From Escherichia phage W115, in the sequence record ON286974: DNA of 64,000 bases, one strand, 5' to 3'. The translations under genes and the position numbers were made by a program. The notes under the pieces were generated by a model. It was given only the letters and a program-made list of their open reading frames with translations. It had not been told where the DNA came from and ran no database searches. Shown here piece by piece: positions 54,181 to 62,802 of the stretch; position 1 is the first letter of the stretch; each line of letters opens with the position of its first letter.

Positions 54181-54420
54181 ATGGTCTATAATATCGTCAT
54201 TGGTGCTTTGTCTAGTTTCGGAATGAAACTATTATCAAAGTTAATTAGTGAAAAGATGCTCACTAAAATTTTCTTCTACTGCGCTCGTCGTCTTGCGGCC
54301 TATACCAATACGCCAATTGATGATCGTTTTGTGGAAGAACTTTATAAGGAGTTTAATAAAGATCAATCAGAAGATAGCAACGAGCAAGATAAACCTAGTG
54401 ATAGTCAAGTACCTAAATAA
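54181..54420 (+). CDS. hypothetical small protein (79 aa) at the position of gene 38
   Basis: Strong TAAGGAG RBS; hydrophobic N-terminus, acidic C-terminus. Confidence 0.45.
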   Translation: MVYNIVIGALSSFGMKLLSKLISEKMLTKIFFYCARRLAAYTNTPIDDRFVEELYKEFNKDQSEDSNEQDKPSDSQVPK

Positions 54421-54453
54421 GAGTACACTGTCATAGTTATCTTAGGGCATTAT

Positions 54454-55110
54454 ATGCAAGTTTCTGAAAAAGAGAAAGACTTTGCTATCTCAAATGTCCT
54501 GCGCGCTATTTTCACAACTAAAAGCACGGAGTTGCTCGTACTTCGTGTTTTTGCTGCCGTCGTGTTGTCCATATTAGCATTTGTCGTTTATAGTAAAAAC
54601 GAGTTATTTGCGCTTTATAAAGAGACTCGTTATGAGACTTATGCTCACGTTCTCCAGGTAGAGAAAGACCGCAATTTTGATAATGCAGCACAGGAGCAGT
54701 TACAGATAGTTCATGTGTCGGCTGATGCCGATTTTTCTGCTGTTTTTAGTTTTCGTCCGAAAAACCTAAACTATTTTGTTGATTTGGTGGCATATGAAGG
54801 AAAGCTACCGCACACAATCGATGAAAAAAATTTAGGCGGATTCCCTATCAATAAAACGAGTGAAGAATATCGTAGGCATCTTTTAGGTAAATCATATTTT
54901 ACCGATAAAGATTTCCAGTATATTCCATCAAGAGAAAAGAAATTAGAGAATATCGATATAGGTTTCATGTATTCTTGTCCTATATTCAATCTCGATAATG
55001 TCTATTCTGGTAGTATCGCCATTGCATGGAGGAATAAACCAGATATTGACATTGAGAATTTAGATACTCTTTGCAATCAATCTGCCAGAATCCTCGGAAG
55101 GATTAGATAA
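54454..55110 (+). CDS. t: holin
   Basis: 218 aa; single N-terminal TM and periplasmic domain with strong similarity to T4 holin T (LQIVHVSADADFSAVFSFRPKNLNYFVDLVAYEGKLP, ARILGR). Confidence 0.9.
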   Translation: MQVSEKEKDFAISNVLRAIFTTKSTELLVLRVFAAVVLSILAFVVYSKNELFALYKETRYETYAHVLQVEKDRNFDNAAQEQLQIVHVSADADFSAVFSFRPKNLNYFVDLVAYEGKLPHTIDEKNLGGFPINKTSEEYRRHLLGKSYFTDKDFQYIPSREKKLENIDIGFMYSCPIFNLDNVYSGSIAIAWRNKPDIDIENLDTLCNQSARILGRIR

Positions 55111-55116
55111 CTTAAA

Positions 55117-55149
55117 AGGGGAAGCCTTTCGGCCTCCCCTTCTTTTTTA
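55117..55149. terminator. bidirectional rho-independent terminator after t
   Basis: Hairpin ggggaagcc-tttc-ggcctcccc with T-run; A-run on other side. Confidence 0.65.
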
Positions 55150-55395
55150 TTGGCGCATAGAAGCCCCTGAATCACATTTTGACGCTGTATGATGAAAACA
55201 TGTAGCGTACCAGTCATCGGCTTGTTTGTCTTCGTCAGAAAACGCGTAATTTCGTTGTATACCGTTTTCTACTTTGACCAGTGCGATAGCTGTTTCTGGA
55301 AGATCAATCAATCGGACAAAATCGCCATCTTCCCATTCTACACGAGCAATATCATAGCCCATCTCAAAGTATACAATCGCTTGTTCTAATTTCAT
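55147..55395 (-). CDS. DUF2829-like small protein (Tad2-like candidate)
   Basis: 82 aa; N-terminal LEQAIVYFEMGYDIARVEW and C-terminal KQADDW resemble the DUF2829 signature. Confidence 0.4.
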   Translation of the reverse strand: MKLEQAIVYFEMGYDIARVEWEDGDFVRLIDLPETAIALVKVENGIQRNYAFSDEDKQADDWYATCFHHTASKCDSGASMRQ

Positions 55396-55721
55396 TCTGG
55401 AAACTTCCCGTAAACATTCTCTGCCAACTTACGTGCATCTTTTACAATATCTTTCATGTAATGGCTATAATTTTTAGCTAAATCAATGATGCAATCAACA
55501 AAGAAGTAATAGCGTCGCAGTGCTACCAGCTCAACATCTTCAAGATGACCATTTTCCCCAATCGCTGAAATATGTTTAAATTCCTTTCGGATCGCGTCCA
55601 TCGCTACATTAACTTCTTTTATAATATCTTTCGTATTATATGCACCTCGACTAATCAAAATTTTGGTTAGGTCTTCTGCTTTTTCGTGAAAGTTGTCAAT
55701 TTCAAACTCGATCATAATCAC
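55392..55721 (-). CDS. hypothetical protein (109 aa), paralog of 55830..56162
   Basis: Both proteins share the architecture and the C-terminal ENVYGKF/ENIFGKF motif. Confidence 0.45.
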   Translation of the reverse strand: MIMIEFEIDNFHEKAEDLTKILISRGAYNTKDIIKEVNVAMDAIRKEFKHISAIGENGHLEDVELVALRRYYFFVDCIIDLAKNYSHYMKDIVKDARKLAENVYGKFPE

Positions 55722-55829
55722 CTCTCATAATTTCACGCTGTTGTGTCAACATTTTTTCGTGGTTTGCTAATTCTATACATTGTAATAGCATAACCAGTGC
55801 AATTTTCAATGATTCATCATCTTTCATAA

Positions 55830-56162
55830 TCAAAATTTACCGAAAATATTCTCTGTCATAATTCTTGCTTCGTCGATTATTTTCGTCATGTTCATGGTGT
55901 AGTTATGATCATTTAGTGCCTTAATGACAACGAGCAAGGAATCTAAAAACACTCGATACCGGGTATATTCTACGCTATTTGTGAATACCGATGTTTTCTC
56001 TACTTTATCGATCAGATAGCCTAAAGCCGATAGCGCCTCGTTTACTTCCCTTGTTACTTTATCGGCGCTAAACAACACCGGATAAAGACGCGGTGTGATT
56101 AACCGCGCTGCCTCTTTCAATTCGGTCGCTTTCCATGATTCATATTTGTCATAGTTAAACAT
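55830..56162 (-). CDS. hypothetical protein (110 aa), paralog of 55392..55721
   Basis: See paralog. Confidence 0.45.
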   Translation of the reverse strand: MFNYDKYESWKATELKEAARLITPRLYPVLFSADKVTREVNEALSALGYLIDKVEKTSVFTNSVEYTRYRVFLDSLLVVIKALNDHNYTMNMTKIIDEARIMTENIFGKF

Positions 56163-56174
56163 TGTATAATCTCC

Positions 56175-56507
56175 TTACAGATGAAAACCTGTTACGATCA
56201 CCGCATCGATCATACCGCTAGGAATAAACGGTTCGCCCTCTTTTATTTCAACTTTGAATTGATGCCATTTCGCTAATACTTCTTCCGGTACACCCAGCGA
56301 TTCGGCGTCTGCTTTAGTTTCATCCATAATCCAACTAGGCTGCATGAGAGCATAGTTTACATAGTCCATTTCTGGGGTCATGTCATCAATGTTAATATAT
56401 TTGCAGTTGACGCGTTTCAGAATTTCAAATTCTTTATTGTCAACCTGTACCATGTATAATTCAGTAGTTTCTGGAATCAGTTCCCACACAATCAGTACAT
56501 TTTTCAT
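56175..56507 (-). CDS. hypothetical protein (110 aa)
   Basis: Track ORF. Confidence 0.4.
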   Translation of the reverse strand: MKNVLIVWELIPETTELYMVQVDNKEFEILKRVNCKYINIDDMTPEMDYVNYALMQPSWIMDETKADAESLGVPEEVLAKWHQFKVEIKEGEPFIPSGMIDAVIVTGFHL

Positions 56508-56515
56508 AGTTCACC

Positions 56516-56884
56516 TCACTTAACAAAGATTTTCTTTAATGCTTTCAGGATCGTTGCTTCCGGCGCTTCTTCCGGTGGAGGAAGCAATTCTACCACTTCC
56601 TCTTCCAACTCGATATAGTCTACCAGATATTCTACATAGAATGCAAGTGCTTCCATGAAATTAGATGCTACATCCGATTCACCACAAGCGCCTACATGCA
56701 TTGTATAAACATCACTGCGATCAAGTTTGTGGATGCTTCCCAGATAGTTTCGGTTATACCAGACTTCCCACACTTTCAGCTTTCCGGTTTTGGTTGCTGT
56801 TTTATAATCGGTTTCGTAATGATGCAATTGACGTTGCAAATCATTGATAATAACACATTTTTCGTAATTGTTTTGAATTTCCAT
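56516..56884 (-). CDS. hypothetical protein (122 aa)
   Basis: Track ORF. Confidence 0.4.
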   Translation of the reverse strand: MEIQNNYEKCVIINDLQRQLHHYETDYKTATKTGKLKVWEVWYNRNYLGSIHKLDRSDVYTMHVGACGESDVASNFMEALAFYVEYLVDYIELEEEVVELLPPPEEAPEATILKALKKIFVK

Positions 56885-56894
56885 GATGTAATCC

Positions 56895-57086
56895 TCACTT
56901 ATCGTTAAGAAGTTCTAAAACTTTCTGTCGTACTTTGTCAATATTAGTTGATTCAAAAACTGTACGGTATCCCCAGCTTTGACCGTATGAGCGGTTGCAA
57001 TCTCCATATCCCCATTGTTCAACCTGGTAGTATTCAAGGAATGGATGCTGCCGAACTATGATACCATCGCGATTAAAAATTACCAT
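56895..57086 (-). CDS. hypothetical small protein (63 aa)
   Basis: Track ORF. Confidence 0.35.
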   Translation of the reverse strand: MVIFNRDGIIVRQHPFLEYYQVEQWGYGDCNRSYGQSWGYRTVFESTNIDKVRQKVLELLNDK

Positions 57087-57109
57087 AATATAATCCTCAC
57101 GTCAACAAC

Positions 57110-57403
57110 TTATTTTCGGTTGTGGTCGCGATATGTTTTAAAATATCCCTCGTACCACGGTAAAATATCTGGATTTTTACCACTATACAGACCTTTAACC
57201 ATCATGTCAATAAGGCCATCTGGTGTCTGATAGTTTCCAGCTTTTATAAGCTCTCTGATTAAAATCTCTCTGTATATGTCTTTCGGATCTTCGTAATCAA
57301 CTTGTATTGTGGTTGTGGTTGTGGTCTCATTCAATTTGGTTTCTGGAGTATCTCGCATTGCATCCCACCAATCTTTTGTGACCTTCATGTTATTGAATTG
57401 CAT
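57110..57403 (-). CDS. hypothetical protein (97 aa)
   Basis: Track ORF with Thr-rich linker. Confidence 0.4.
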   Translation of the reverse strand: MQFNNMKVTKDWWDAMRDTPETKLNETTTTTTIQVDYEDPKDIYREILIRELIKAGNYQTPDGLIDMMVKGLYSGKNPDILPWYEGYFKTYRDHNRK

Positions 57404-57414
57404 AATTTAACCTC

Positions 57415-58173
57415 TTACTTGCAAACGTATTGATCTACATCAATTGCGCCACCGAATGTAGGATGACGTTTTTCAAATCGAATAGTTCCGTCGTTTGGTT
57501 CGAAAACGGAGTATTCATATAGATCTTTCTTGCCAACATTCTTATAAAACCCGCCTTTAGTCATAACGGTTTCTTGTACGTTTGCTTTGTGTACGTTGTA
57601 TTCATCAATGTATACAAAATCAACCATCTTCCCATTTTTAATGGTTACTTTAAGATCCCCTGGCTGGTTTCCATATTTTGCATACAGTGGAGCCTCTTTA
57701 ATTTTGGTGGAAATTCCATCTTTCATACTCCACTCATAACGAACGGTGCATTGATAGGTAAAAGTTTCAACCTTCGGTTCTTCCACCACTTTTTCTTCCT
57801 GTTTCGGTTGTTCTTCGTCAACCTTCACGGAAGTCTCTGAATCGCTTTCTGACGCGGTCTCTTCTTTAGGTAATACATTCATCAAGTTTTGGATTTGAGC
57901 GTTGTATACAGCCTCCAGTGGCTGAATCTGCCCGATATTGATCATTGTATCACGAACAGTTTTATTCCAGTTGCGTTGCTCTTGTTTCAGAGACGGATCA
58001 ATCTTAACAGCTTTAACATATACTTCATGAAGTTTAGAGTCCAGTGCGGAGATAGACTCATTAGAACAAATAAACTTCTCTGATTTGGTAGTAGCTTTAG
58101 CGCAATCAAAGGACGCAGCGTTAGCACCGAAAGCAGTAGCAGAAAGAACGATAGCAGCGATAATGTTTTTCAT
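57415..58173 (-). CDS. secreted protein with LprI-like (DUF1311) N-terminal domain
   Basis: 252 aa; signal peptide MKNIIAAIVLSATAFGANA; FDCAKATTKSEKFICSNESISALDSKLHEVY ... QEQRNW pattern of DUF1311; acidic linker; Cys-flanked beta-rich C-terminal domain. Confidence 0.5.
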   Translation of the reverse strand: MKNIIAAIVLSATAFGANAASFDCAKATTKSEKFICSNESISALDSKLHEVYVKAVKIDPSLKQEQRNWNKTVRDTMINIGQIQPLEAVYNAQIQNLMNVLPKEETASESDSETSVKVDEEQPKQEEKVVEEPKVETFTYQCTVRYEWSMKDGISTKIKEAPLYAKYGNQPGDLKVTIKNGKMVDFVYIDEYNVHKANVQETVMTKGGFYKNVGKKDLYEYSVFEPNDGTIRFEKRHPTFGGAIDVDQYVCK

Positions 58174-58242
58174 AATATATTCCTCAGTGTTTTGTCTTGA
58201 TGGGAGTATCTTACTACTCCCTTAATCCGGTGTCAACTATTT

Positions 58243-58398
58243 TTAAATTTCTTCTACAGTAAAGTCTTCAATGTTATTGTGCTCGGAGAACGTTGCCAGA
58301 CCAGCATTCCATGCATCATCCTCAGAGAAGAATACACCGTAACGTTCATATCCTTTAGCGCCTTCAAATTTAACCATTAATTTGTGAGTATGTTTCAT
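58243..58398 (-). CDS. hypothetical small protein (51 aa)
   Basis: True start MKHTHKLMVKF...; track N-terminus is PeSL promoter. Confidence 0.35.
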   Translation of the reverse strand: MKHTHKLMVKFEGAKGYERYGVFFSEDDAWNAGLATFSEHNNIEDFTVEEI

Positions 58399-58468
58399 TT
58401 TGATTCTCCTTCGTTGTCTTGATGAGTTCATTGTAGGGGATCGCCGATCCCCTGTCAACAACTATTTT

Positions 58469-58681
58469 TTAATTTTTACCCGCTCGTGCATTAATACGCA
58501 TTTTCTGAATAGCCATGATCTGGCTTACTGCTTCTTCTTTACGTTCTTGCGTGATAACGTGACCAGATTCCGCAAACTCTCCCGCAACTTCTTCTACGAT
58601 CTCGCGAACTTGAGAACGTCCAAAGATGCGGTTTCCTTCGTAGCTCATAAACTCGGTTACTACTTGCTCGATAGATTTCAT
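58469..58681 (-). CDS. hypothetical protein (70 aa)
   Basis: Track ORF with GGAGAA RBS. Confidence 0.4.
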   Translation of the reverse strand: MKSIEQVVTEFMSYEGNRIFGRSQVREIVEEVAGEFAESGHVITQERKEEAVSQIMAIQKMRINARAGKN

Positions 58682-58747
58682 GTGATTCTCCTTTCGTTTC
58701 GGTGTGGGAGTATGTTAATACTCCCATTTCTTTACGTCAACCAGTTT

Positions 58748-58990
58748 TTAGAAATTTTTCGCTTCTTCTTCGGTCATCATCACCGCGCATTCGTGCATAA
58801 CTTTGAAAACCGGGTCAATCATATCGAATGCTTCGCTGGACAGTTTACGAGAAGCGATTTTGATTGCTTCAACGTCTTCTACTACAGGAACAAAAACAGT
58901 TTTCAGTTCGTCGAGCACGGCAGCTTCTTTTTCATTCAGGAAGATCCCAGCGTCGTACAGTGCAACTTCGATAACATTAACTTTAACCAT
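58748..58990 (-). CDS. hypothetical protein (80 aa)
   Basis: True start MVKVNVIEVALYDAG... after GGAGGAAATAAAA RBS. Confidence 0.4.
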   Translation of the reverse strand: MVKVNVIEVALYDAGIFLNEKEAAVLDELKTVFVPVVEDVEAIKIASRKLSSEAFDMIDPVFKVMHECAVMMTEEEAKNF

Positions 58991-59030
58991 TTTTATTTCC
59001 TCCAGTTCGTTTCGGTATGGGAGTATAATA

Positions 59031-59255
59031 CTACCGATGACCTTTGGCGTCAACTGCTTTTTTATTATTTTCGTGAAAATTTTTCGTCGCCTCATGTGCT
59101 TTTCGCTGGGCTTCTTGTTGTGCTTGCTGGCGTGCTGCCTCTTGTGAAGCCATAACGGAAGCATTTGCAGCAGTTACAGCCGCTACCATCGCTGCGGTAT
59201 TAGCATTTACAGTACATGCACTAGCCAGCAAAGCAATTGCAATCATTTTCTTCAT
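59031..59255 (-). CDS. small secreted/lipoprotein-like protein (74 aa)
   Basis: Signal peptide MKKMIAIALLASAC with possible lipobox; Ala/Gln-rich helix. Confidence 0.4.
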   Translation of the reverse strand: MKKMIAIALLASACTVNANTAAMVAAVTAANASVMASQEAARQQAQQEAQRKAHEATKNFHENNKKAVDAKGHR

Positions 59256-59422
59256 AGTTTCCCCTTTAGGTTATCTTCGACCTTCACCCATTCCGCGTAT
59301 TCTTGCGCGGCTACTTTTGGATTTAGTCCGTCTTCGTACATTGCTTCAAGTAATTCTTCGTCGGTGGGCTTATACCCTAGATAAGCCTTCACCTGATTTT
59401 TCCAAATTTTATACCAGTTCAT
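59252..59422 (-). CDS. hypothetical small protein (56 aa)
   Basis: True start MNWYKIWKNQVKAY... Confidence 0.35.
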   Translation of the reverse strand: MNWYKIWKNQVKAYLGYKPTDEELLEAMYEDGLNPKVAAQEYAEWVKVEDNLKGKL

Positions 59423-59426
59423 ATTA

Positions 59427-59699
59427 TCACCAGTCAAGAGCGCGTGTCTCTGCGTCTTCCCATGCTTGATCCATAACAGCCTTGAAAACATATTCTAAAG
59501 TATCATCTTTAGAGAATCCGAAGACCTTAGACGGAATATCTTCAATTGCTACTCCCGCGACTTCTGCATTACGCGCTTGGCAATAATGCAACTCTAAGTT
59601 ATCGAGATAGCGACCGCCTAATTTCTCCATATCATCCCAGCATTTCCAGTAACCTACTTTATTTGCAATCGCTAACACCTTGCTGTTTTCGTTGTTCAT
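59427..59699 (-). CDS. hypothetical protein (90 aa)
   Basis: True start MNNENSKVLAIANKVGYWKCW... after GGAGAA RBS. Confidence 0.4.
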   Translation of the reverse strand: MNNENSKVLAIANKVGYWKCWDDMEKLGGRYLDNLELHYCQARNAEVAGVAIEDIPSKVFGFSKDDTLEYVFKAVMDQAWEDAETRALDW

Positions 59700-59761
59700 C
59701 TTTGATTCTCCTTTTGTTTGGTATGTGTGTATTATGCAATGATGGATTTGTGAAGTCAACA

Positions 59762-59790
59762 ACTTTTTAAAATAAAAAAGCCGACCACAC
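59762..59790 (-). terminator. rho-independent terminator
   Basis: Hairpin gccga-ccacacgga-tcggc preceded by A-run (U-run on minus transcript); related to the hairpin at 49471-49500. Confidence 0.55.
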
Positions 59791-59809
59791 GGATCGGCTT
59801 AATAATCAG

Positions 59810-60205
59810 TTACTTACTAAATTTCTTTTTGGCTTCGTCTACCGCATGAGATGCCAGTACCGCAGCCGCATGTGCACTTTTATCTGTGTTGCAGAGAACG
59901 CCCAGATAAACATCACGCCAAAGTTTAATCATCTCGTAGATCATATCAATATCATTTTCTTGTTTGTTGGCGATGCTATTCGTCGTTATCTGGTAAGGTA
60001 ACGGCTTGATCTGTACTGGTTCCGCCATCGGGCTAATCGGTTTCGGATCAGTCATAATAGGTGCTGTTGTGGGTGGTGTTTTCCATACGTCATTATTCCA
60101 CGGTTTAATCGTTGTATCGTAAAGTTTATAAGGATTTTTGTCTGGATTAACCATCCAGGCATGATGAGTACCCAAACCATTTGAAGTGATGCGTCGTTCA
60201 GTCAT
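59810..60205 (-). CDS. hypothetical Pro-rich protein (131 aa)
   Basis: Track ORF downstream of gene 52. Confidence 0.4.
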   Translation of the reverse strand: MTERRITSNGLGTHHAWMVNPDKNPYKLYDTTIKPWNNDVWKTPPTTAPIMTDPKPISPMAEPVQIKPLPYQITTNSIANKQENDIDMIYEMIKLWRDVYLGVLCNTDKSAHAAAVLASHAVDEAKKKFSK

Positions 60206-60407
60206 ACTTTCCCTCCAAAAATTCTTTCATCAAATAGTCTATCGTTGCTCTGTGTTCTGGTGTGTTTGTTATCTCTGCTAACTTATTCAGAGATTCAATA
60301 GTGATCCGGTTGGCTTCTTCCATAGTCTCAACGACCATTGGCACAATCTTTTTATTGTTGTACACAAATGCAATATAACCGCCTTCTGGATATTCTTTCA
60401 TAATCAA
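60198..60407 (-). CDS. hypothetical small protein (69 aa)
   Basis: Track ORF coupled to gene 52 stop. Confidence 0.4.
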   Translation of the reverse strand: MIMKEYPEGGYIAFVYNNKKIVPMVVETMEEANRITIESLNKLAEITNTPEHRATIDYLMKEFLEGKYD

Positions 60408-61765
60408 CCCTTCTTAAGTTCTTTAAGATCTTTCTTATATTCCTTCATTGCGGTCGTCTTTGTCCAATACTCATATTCACTATGATGTTTATCGGCATCT
60501 TTGACCAGTCGATCATACTCTTCTTGAGTAACGCTATACAATGGCATAGAAACTAGCTTATCGGCGTATGGACGCAGTTTTTCATGTCCATTGATGGATT
60601 GCATTACCTCGGCCTTTTTCTTGCCCTGTAGCTCGATTTCGCCCTTAATTACGCGGTCGATAAATTCAGCTTTAGCCATTGCATAATTGTATGCTTCCAG
60701 TGTTTCCGCTTGCATCAATTCAATGCGTTTATCGACATACCCTAATCGGATTTCGACGAATCGACGGATCAGATCGCTCGCTTTCTCGAATACTTCAACT
60801 AAACCACGTTCATTAACCACTACGATATTCTGGGCTACTAACTGCGTTAGTTTAAAATCCTTCATGATTTGCTCATGTCGAGCGGATTCATCTTCGCTTT
60901 TGAAATAATCGCGTTTCAGTGTTACTTCAAATCTGAATCCGTCCTTAGAGCAACGGTCATTATACGATACAATCAGATCTTTTTCTTCCAGTGCATCAAG
61001 TACCGCTACATATTCTTCACGGTCGAACTTATAAGGAACTTCTGATATTGTCAGCTTAGTCTTGCCGTTTAGTTCATATGTACCCTCAAGAATCACACCA
61101 TCGCGATCATCTCGCGGGATAACTTTACCCGTGAATTTCGGGAATTGAACACTAGGTTCTTTATCCAGTTTTCCGGCAAGTGCTAGCTCTGTGCATTCAA
61201 TGAGGCTTTCCAGTGAATGCGGTAAAATGTCAGTTTTATACCCTGTAGCAATACCACTAATACCATTAGCCAATACCATTGGCACAACTGGCAAGTAGAA
61301 CGCTGGCGGGATGTGTTCCAGATCTTCGTGCTTGGGTGCGCAATTCATATCTTTATAGATTTTAAAGAAGTTTTCATGCACGCGAGCAAAGATATAACGT
61401 GCCGCACCTGCTTTCTGGACTAAACGCGATCCGAAGTTACCTTGACCGTCAAGCAGTGGAGTATTATTGCTCCATGTATTCGCCATAAGTGATCCGGCTT
61501 CTACGGCATTAGTTTCCCCGTGGTGATAACCCAACTCGGCAACACCAGATCCAATATCTGCCATCTTACGGAATTTCTTACGGTCGCCTTTACTCTTTTG
61601 CAAAGCACATTCCATAACAAAGCGTTGCACTGGTTTAAGCCCATCTACTAATTGAGGAATCCCGCGTTCCTCGGCAGAATAGATCGCATATTCCTTAGCT
61701 TCATTATGTACAATGCTTTCAAGGCTGCGGTAAGTAACTGATTTATTCATCTTCACCTCATACAC
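60404..61765 (-). CDS. 52: DNA topoisomerase II medium subunit gp52
   Basis: 453 aa; strong similarity to T4 gp52 (KPVQRFV, GYHHGE, LLDGQGNFGSR, ARYIFAR, catalytic-Tyr region). Confidence 0.9.
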   Translation of the reverse strand: MYEVKMNKSVTYRSLESIVHNEAKEYAIYSAEERGIPQLVDGLKPVQRFVMECALQKSKGDRKKFRKMADIGSGVAELGYHHGETNAVEAGSLMANTWSNNTPLLDGQGNFGSRLVQKAGAARYIFARVHENFFKIYKDMNCAPKHEDLEHIPPAFYLPVVPMVLANGISGIATGYKTDILPHSLESLIECTELALAGKLDKEPSVQFPKFTGKVIPRDDRDGVILEGTYELNGKTKLTISEVPYKFDREEYVAVLDALEEKDLIVSYNDRCSKDGFRFEVTLKRDYFKSEDESARHEQIMKDFKLTQLVAQNIVVVNERGLVEVFEKASDLIRRFVEIRLGYVDKRIELMQAETLEAYNYAMAKAEFIDRVIKGEIELQGKKKAEVMQSINGHEKLRPYADKLVSMPLYSVTQEEYDRLVKDADKHHSEYEYWTKTTAMKEYKKDLKELKKG

Positions 61766-62120
61766 GCTTACAAATCACATTCTTTACTTTATCAGATTTA
61801 TCAGCCCAATCCAATAGCCATTTTAACGGAAGGATTGACACAATAAACGGGGCAGCAATCAAAGCAAACATGATACACCTGATAATCAGGAAAACGCAAG
61901 TGACAAAACTAGCGATAGTGATCCCGACAAAACAAAATACCATAGAAAACAGAGTAATGATATAGAAAGGCCAGAATACCCACTCCCGCATCTTAACGCC
62001 TTTGTATTCTCTGAATTGCTTAAAATCTACAAACAACTCTCGGATAGACGCGTACAGGACAGAAAAATCATCTTTCATTGCTCTGAATGAGCAATCTTCT
62101 ATTTTAGAATGACCTAGCAT
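61758..62120 (-). CDS. predicted membrane protein (120 aa)
   Basis: Two long hydrophobic segments. Confidence 0.45.
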   Translation of the reverse strand: MLGHSKIEDCSFRAMKDDFSVLYASIRELFVDFKQFREYKGVKMREWVFWPFYIITLFSMVFCFVGITIASFVTCVFLIIRCIMFALIAAPFIVSILPLKWLLDWADKSDKVKNVICKRV

Positions 62121-62122
62121 TA

Positions 62123-62416
62123 TTAACCGCCTTTAACCATTGATACAGGAATTGTTTTCTGATTTGTGTATAAGTGGCCTACTTCAATTTTTTCTTGAAT
62201 CACCACGACGTTACAATATCCACTGTCTTTAAGTTTTCTGATAATGACTCGCTTTTGTTCGTCGGTGATAGGATTGACTGTTCTCACCAATTCACCGCAA
62301 ATAATAGCACCATCTTTACAATTACCAGTAACTTTCATGCTACGACCGTGAACAACAACCACGTCACCGTAAATCACATTTTCGTCGTCGTATTTGGTAA
62401 TAACCGTGACCGTCAT
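62123..62416 (-). CDS. hypothetical protein (97 aa)
   Basis: Track ORF. Confidence 0.4.
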   Translation of the reverse strand: MTVTVITKYDDENVIYGDVVVVHGRSMKVTGNCKDGAIICGELVRTVNPITDEQKRVIIRKLKDSGYCNVVVIQEKIEVGHLYTNQKTIPVSMVKGG

Positions 62417-62430
62417 AATGTATTCCCTCT

Positions 62431-62453
62431 AAGAAAGGCCGCGCAAAGCGGCC
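62431..62453 (-). terminator. rho-independent terminator
   Basis: Hairpin ggccgc-gcaaa-gcggcc with U-run on minus transcript. Confidence 0.55.
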
Positions 62454-62461
62454 TATGTTGA

Positions 62462-62794
62462 TTATTGTTCTACAGTATAACCGTTGTTTTCAAGCCATGC
62501 AATAACAATCTTTTCGCCAATTTCATCGAGCATTTCATCAGCGCCATATTCTTTAATGAAAGTCGATGGATCATTATTGCTTACTACGTGCTGGATCACA
62601 ACATGTTCAGGAATTGCGTCTAGTAGTTCGCTATGATCATACTCATTAACGATATCTTCAACACTAACATTATTAACCAAATCAACATCATCCATAGTCA
62701 CAGTAACGCGACCGGACGGACGCAATGAATATTGGCTACTTTCAACTTCAACATGTGCACTTTCGCAAGTAACTTTCATATCAACCATAATCAA
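62462..62794 (-). CDS. hypothetical acidic protein (110 aa)
   Basis: Track ORF. Confidence 0.4.
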   Translation of the reverse strand: MIMVDMKVTCESAHVEVESSQYSLRPSGRVTVTMDDVDLVNNVSVEDIVNEYDHSELLDAIPEHVVIQHVVSNNDPSTFIKEYGADEMLDEIGEKIVIAWLENNGYTVEQ

Positions 62795-62802
62795 TTCCTC
62801 TG

